A stretch of DNA of 64,000 bases. It comes from Antedon mediterranea (Eukaryota > Animalia > Echinodermata). Below, piece after piece: positions 59,130-64,000 of the stretch; the stretch's first letter is position 1; each line of letters starts with the position of its first letter. The notes beneath the pieces were generated by a model. It was given only the letters and a program-made list of their open reading frames with translations. It was not told the DNA's origin and searched no databases. Position numbers and translations under genes: made by a program. The stretch covers positions 1,208,201 through 1,272,200 of the forward strand of contig NC_092679.1 in NCBI RefSeq assembly GCF_964355755.1, read 5' to 3'.

Positions 59130-62100
59130 GAATGTGCATGCCATGACCTTTTCATAATATAAAAAGGTCAACATTTTGCCAATTCGTGTTATTATGCGAT
59201 AAAACTGCTCTATATGATCATATATTGCTTTATCATCACCTTGTAGAACCATAGACACCAGTTTTATCGAAAAATAAAAGGGTCGAAAAATGGCCAAAAT
59301 ATAAAGTTTTTAAAATTCAATTATTATGCGATAAAACTGCTCTATATAATCATATATTGCTTTATCATCATCTTATAGTACTATAGACACCAGTTTTGTC
59401 GAAAAATGAAGGGTCGAATGGTCAAAATTTGCCAAATAGCCAAAATATCAAGTTTTAAAAATTCAATTATTATGCGATAAAATTGCTCCATATGATCATA
59501 TATTGCTTTATCATCATCTTGTAGTACCATAGACACCAGTTTTATTGAAAAATAAAAGGGTCGAAAAATGGCCAAAATATCAAGTTTTTAAAATTCAATT
59601 ATTATGATATAAAATTTCTCTTTATGATCATATATTGCTTTATCATCACCTTTTAGTACCATAGACACTAACTTAGGCAGAAACCCAAAAAACGGTCTGA
59701 GCGTGTGCAAATGTATATAAAAGCACTCAGATAATGTACAGAGGGCAGTATATTGATATAAGCAATGAGTTAGGCAGATCATAAGTCAGCTCTCCTTAAT
59801 TGCCTAAGTCACACAGCTGACTTAGGCAGAAACACAAAAAATATAGTATATTGATATAAGCAGTGAGTTAGGCAGATCATAAGTCAGCTCTCCTTAATTG
59901 CCTAAGTCACACAGATAGTACAGGGATTTTTTCCAAAAATGGCCAAAATATCAAGTTTTTAAAATTCAATTATTATGTCATAAAATTGCTCCATAGTATC
60001 ATATATTGCTTTATCATCACCTTATAGTACCATAGACACCAGTTTTATCGAAAAATAAAAGGGTCGAAAAATGGCAATTTTTGGAAAAAATCCCTGTACT
60101 ATAGTACAGGGATTTTTTCCAAAAATGGCCAAAAATATCAAGTTTTTAAAATTCAATTATTATGTTATAAAATTGCTCCATATGATCATATATTGCTTTA
60201 TCATCACCTTATAGTACCATAGACACCAGTTTTATCGGAAAATAAAAGGGTCGAAAAATGGCCATTTTTAGAAAAAATCCCCGTACTAGCCTATAGTACA
60301 GGGATTTTTTCCAAAAATGGCCAAAAATATAAAGTTTTTAAAATTCAATTATTATGTTATAAAATTGCTCCATATGATCATATATTGCTTTATCATAACC
60401 TTATAGTACCATAGACACCAGTTTTATCGAAAAATAAAAGGGTCGAAAAATTGCCATTTTTGGAAAAAATCCTTGTACTATGACTTAGGCAGAAACACAA
60501 AAAATATAGTATATTGCTATAAGCAGTGAGTTAGGCAGATCATAAGTCAGCTCTCCTTAATTGCCTAAGTAACACAGCTGACTTAGGCAGAAACACGAAA
60601 AATATAGTATATTGATATAAGCAGTGAGTTAGGCAGAAAAACAAAACAAAAGTTATCACTTAGACACTTTTGTTATGAGGCTGTCAATATCATCTATATA
60701 CAAAAAATGCTACCTTTAAGTAACAAAATTTAATAGCATCAGCTCTTCAGATTAAAATTAACACTGATGATTTTAGAAAAAGAAAGTAGCAATAAAGAGA
60801 AAGAATTTGTAACAAATGGGTTAGAAAATATACTATAAAATGTATTTCTTATTTTATTTAAAAACTCATGAATCTCCTCTCCTTAATTGCCTAAGTCACA
60901 CAGCTGACTTAGGCAGAAACACAAAAAAACGATTTGAGCATGTGCAAATGTATATAAAAGCACTCAGATAATGTACAGAGGGCAGTATAATGATATAAGC
61001 AGTGAGTTAGGCAGATCATAAGTCAGCTCTCCTTAATTGCCTAAGTCACACAGCTAACTTAGGCAGAAACACGAAAAATATAGTATATTGATATAAGCAG
61101 TGAGTTAGGCAGATCATAAGTTAGCTCTCCTTAATTGCCTAAGTCACACAGCTGACCCAGGCAGAAACACAAAAAATATAGTATATTGATATAAGCAGTG
61201 AGTTAGGCAGAAAAACAAAACAAAAATTATCACTTAGACACTTTTGTTATGAGGCTGTCAATATCATCTATATACAAAAAATGCTACCTTTAAGTAATAA
61301 AATTTAATAGCATCAGCTCTTCAGATTAAAATTAACACTGATGATTTTAGAAAAAGAAAGTAGCAATAAAAGAGAAAGAATTTGTAACAAATGGGTTAGA
61401 AAATATACTATAAAATGTATTTCTTATTTTATTTAAAAACTCATGAATCTCCTCTCCTTAATTGCCTAAGTCACCCAGCTGACTTAGGCAGAAACACAAA
61501 AAAACGATTTGAGCATGTGCAAATGTATATAAAAGCACTCAGATAATGTACAGAGGGCAGTATAATGATATAAGCAGTGAGTTAGGCAGATCATAAGTGA
61601 GCTCCCCTTAATTGCCTAAGTCACACAGCTGACTTAGGCAGAAACACAAAAAATATAGTATAATGATATAAGCAGTGAGTTAGGCAGATCATAAGTCAGC
61701 TCTCCTTAATTGCCTAAGTCACACAGCTGACTTAGGCAGAAAACACGAAAAATAGAGTATATTGATATAAGCAGTGAGTTAGGCAGATCATAAGTTAGCT
61801 CTCCTTAATTGCCTAAGTCACACAGATAGTACAGGGATTTTTTTCCAAAAAGAGCCAAAAATATCAAGTTTTTAAAATTCAATTATTATCTTATAAAATT
61901 GCTCCATATGATCATATATTGCTTTATCATCACCTTATAGTACCATAGACACCAGTTTTATCGAAAAATAAAAGGGTCGAAAAATGGCCATTTTTTGAAA
62001 AAATCCTTGTACTATGACTTTGGCAGAAACACAAAAAATATAGTATATTGATATAAGCAGTGAGTTAGAAAAACAAACAAAAAATTGTGACTTAGACTCT

Positions 62101-64000
62101 TTTGTTATGAGGCTCTCCATATCATCTATATACAAAAAAATTGACCTTTAAGTAACAAAATGTAATAGCATCAGCTCTTCAGATTAAAATTAACACTGAT
62201 GATTTTAGAAAAGGAAAGTGGCAATAAAAGAGAAAGAATTTGTAACAAATGGGTTAAAAAATATACTATAAAAATGTATTTCTTATTTTATTTAAAAAAT
62301 CATGAGTCTCCTCTCCTTAATTGCCTAAGTCACACAGCTGACTTAGGCAGAAACACAAAAAAACGATTTGAGCATGTGCAAATGTATATAAAAGCACTCA
62401 GATAATGTACAGAGGGCAGTATAATGATATAAGCAGTGAGTTAGGCAGATCATAAGTCTCCTCTCCTTAATTTCCTAAGTCACACAGCTGACTTAAGCAG
62501 AAATACAAAAAACGGTCTGAGCGTATGCAAATGTATATAAAAGCACTCAGATAATGTACAGAGGGCAGTATAATGATATAAGCAGTGAGTTAGGCAGATC
62601 ATAAGTCAGCTCTCCTTAATTGCCTAAGTCACACAGCTGACTTAGGCAGAAACACGAAAAATATAGTATATTGATATAAGCAGTGAGTTAAGCAGATAAT
62701 AAGTCAGCTCTCCTTAATTGCCTAAGTCACACAGCTGACCCAGGCAGAAACACAAAAAATATAGTATATTGATATAAGCAGTGAGTTAGACAGAAAAACA
62801 AAACAAAAATTAACACTTAGACACTTTTGTTATGAGGCTGTCAATATCATCTATATACAAAAAATGCTACCTTTAAGTAATAAAATTTAATAGCATCAGC
62901 TCTTCAGATTAAAATTAACACTGATGATTTTAGAAAAAGAAAGTACCAATAAAGAGAAAGAATTTGTAACAAATGGGTTAGAAAATATACTATAAAATGT
63001 ATTTCTTATTTTATTTAAAAACTCATGAATCTCCTCTCCTTAATTGCCAAAGTCACACAGCTGACTTAGGCAGAAACACAAAAAAACGATTTGAGCATGT
63101 GCAAATGTATATAAAAGCACTCAGATAATGTACAGAGGGCAGTATAATGATATAAGCAGTGAGTTAGGCAGATCATAAGTGAGCTCCCCTTAATTGCCTA
63201 AGTCACACAGCTGACTTAGGCAGAAACACTAAAAACGATCTGAGCGTGTGCAAATGTATATAAAAGCACTCAGATAATGTACAGAGGGCAGTATAATGAT
63301 ATAAGCAGTGAGTTAGGTAGATCATAAGTCTCCTCTCCTTAATTGCCTAAGTCACACAGCTGACTTAAGCAGAAATACAAAAAACGGTCTGAGCGTGTGC
63401 AAATGTATATAAAAGCACTCAGATAATGTACAGAGGGCAGTTTAATGATATAAGCAGTGAGTTAGGCAGATCATAAGTGAGCTCTCCTTAATTGCCTAAG
63501 TCACACAGCTGACTTAGGCAGAAAAACAAAAAATATAGTATATTGATATAAGCAGTGAGTTAGGCAGATCATAAGTCACCTCTCCTTAATTGCCTAAGTC
63601 ACACAGCTGACCCAGGCAGAAACACGAAAAATATAGTATATTGATATAAGCAGTGAGTTAGGCAGAAAAACAAAACAAAAATTATCACTTAGACACTTTT
63701 GTTATGAGGCTGTCAATATCATCTATATACAAAAAATGCTACCTTTAAGTAACAAAATTTAATAGCATCAGTTCTTCAGATAAAAATTAACACTGATGAT
63801 TTTAGAAAAAGAAAGTAGCAATAAAAGAAAAAGAATTTGTAACAAATGGGGTAGAAAATATACTATAAAATGTATTTCTTATTTTATTTAAAAACTCATG
63901 AATCTCCTCTCCTTAAATGCCTAAGTCACACAGCTGACTTAGGCAGAAACACAAAAAAACGATTTGAGCAGTGTGCAAATGTATATAAAAGCACTCAGAT
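59130..64000. repeat. Composite satellite: ~130-bp X units plus hairpin-bearing Y units (~90, ~125 and longer variants); runs off the window end
   Basis: Repeated atgatcatatattgctttatcatcacc...accatagacaccag (X) and ctccttaattgcctaagtcacacagctgacttaggcag (Y). Confidence 0.95.
59917..60479. mobile_element. Three head-to-tail ~185-bp MITEs (59917-60100, 60103-60287, 60295-60479); a fourth copy at 61828-62013
   Basis: TIRs AGTACAGGGATTTTTTCCAAAAATGGCC / GGCCATTTTTGGAAAAAATCCCTGTACT flanked by AT. Confidence 0.8.

Noticed and set aside
58983-62405. Repeated short ORFs (MAIFRPFYFSIKLVSMVL etc.)
   Set aside because: Products of satellite units; no recognisable domain or splice structure

Overview
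AT-rich, intron-rich animal DNA; gene content (SRCR array, GR-like receptor, IFI27 family) suggests an invertebrate deuterostome such as an echinoderm (inference). Genes, 5'->3': a tandem IFI27/ISG12 cluster interleaved with exons of a cryptic TIR/SEFIR-like domain (150-8440); a DUSP10-like MAPK phosphatase (11991-16108); NOXRED1 (19078-22194); a gustatory-receptor-like gene on the minus strand (23155-25851); a 7xSRCR type-I membrane protein (27599-34441); two tandem single-domain phospholipase B1-like genes, the second lacking the catalytic Ser and His (34944-46009); and glycogen phosphorylase (47004-58178). The window ends in a composite MITE-containing satellite (59130-64000). The main finding is that the phosphorylase gene carries three tandem, diverged, intact copies of coding exon 1. 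This exon encodes the Ser14 phospho-switch and part of the AMP site, so one gene could make three differently regulated isozymes. Other leads: the TIR-like/IFI27 exon cassette, the PLB1 pseudoenzyme, satellites arising inside MITEs, and a Penelope-type hammerhead-like motif. Exon boundaries were read by eye from GT/AG signals and reading frame; no database searches were run.
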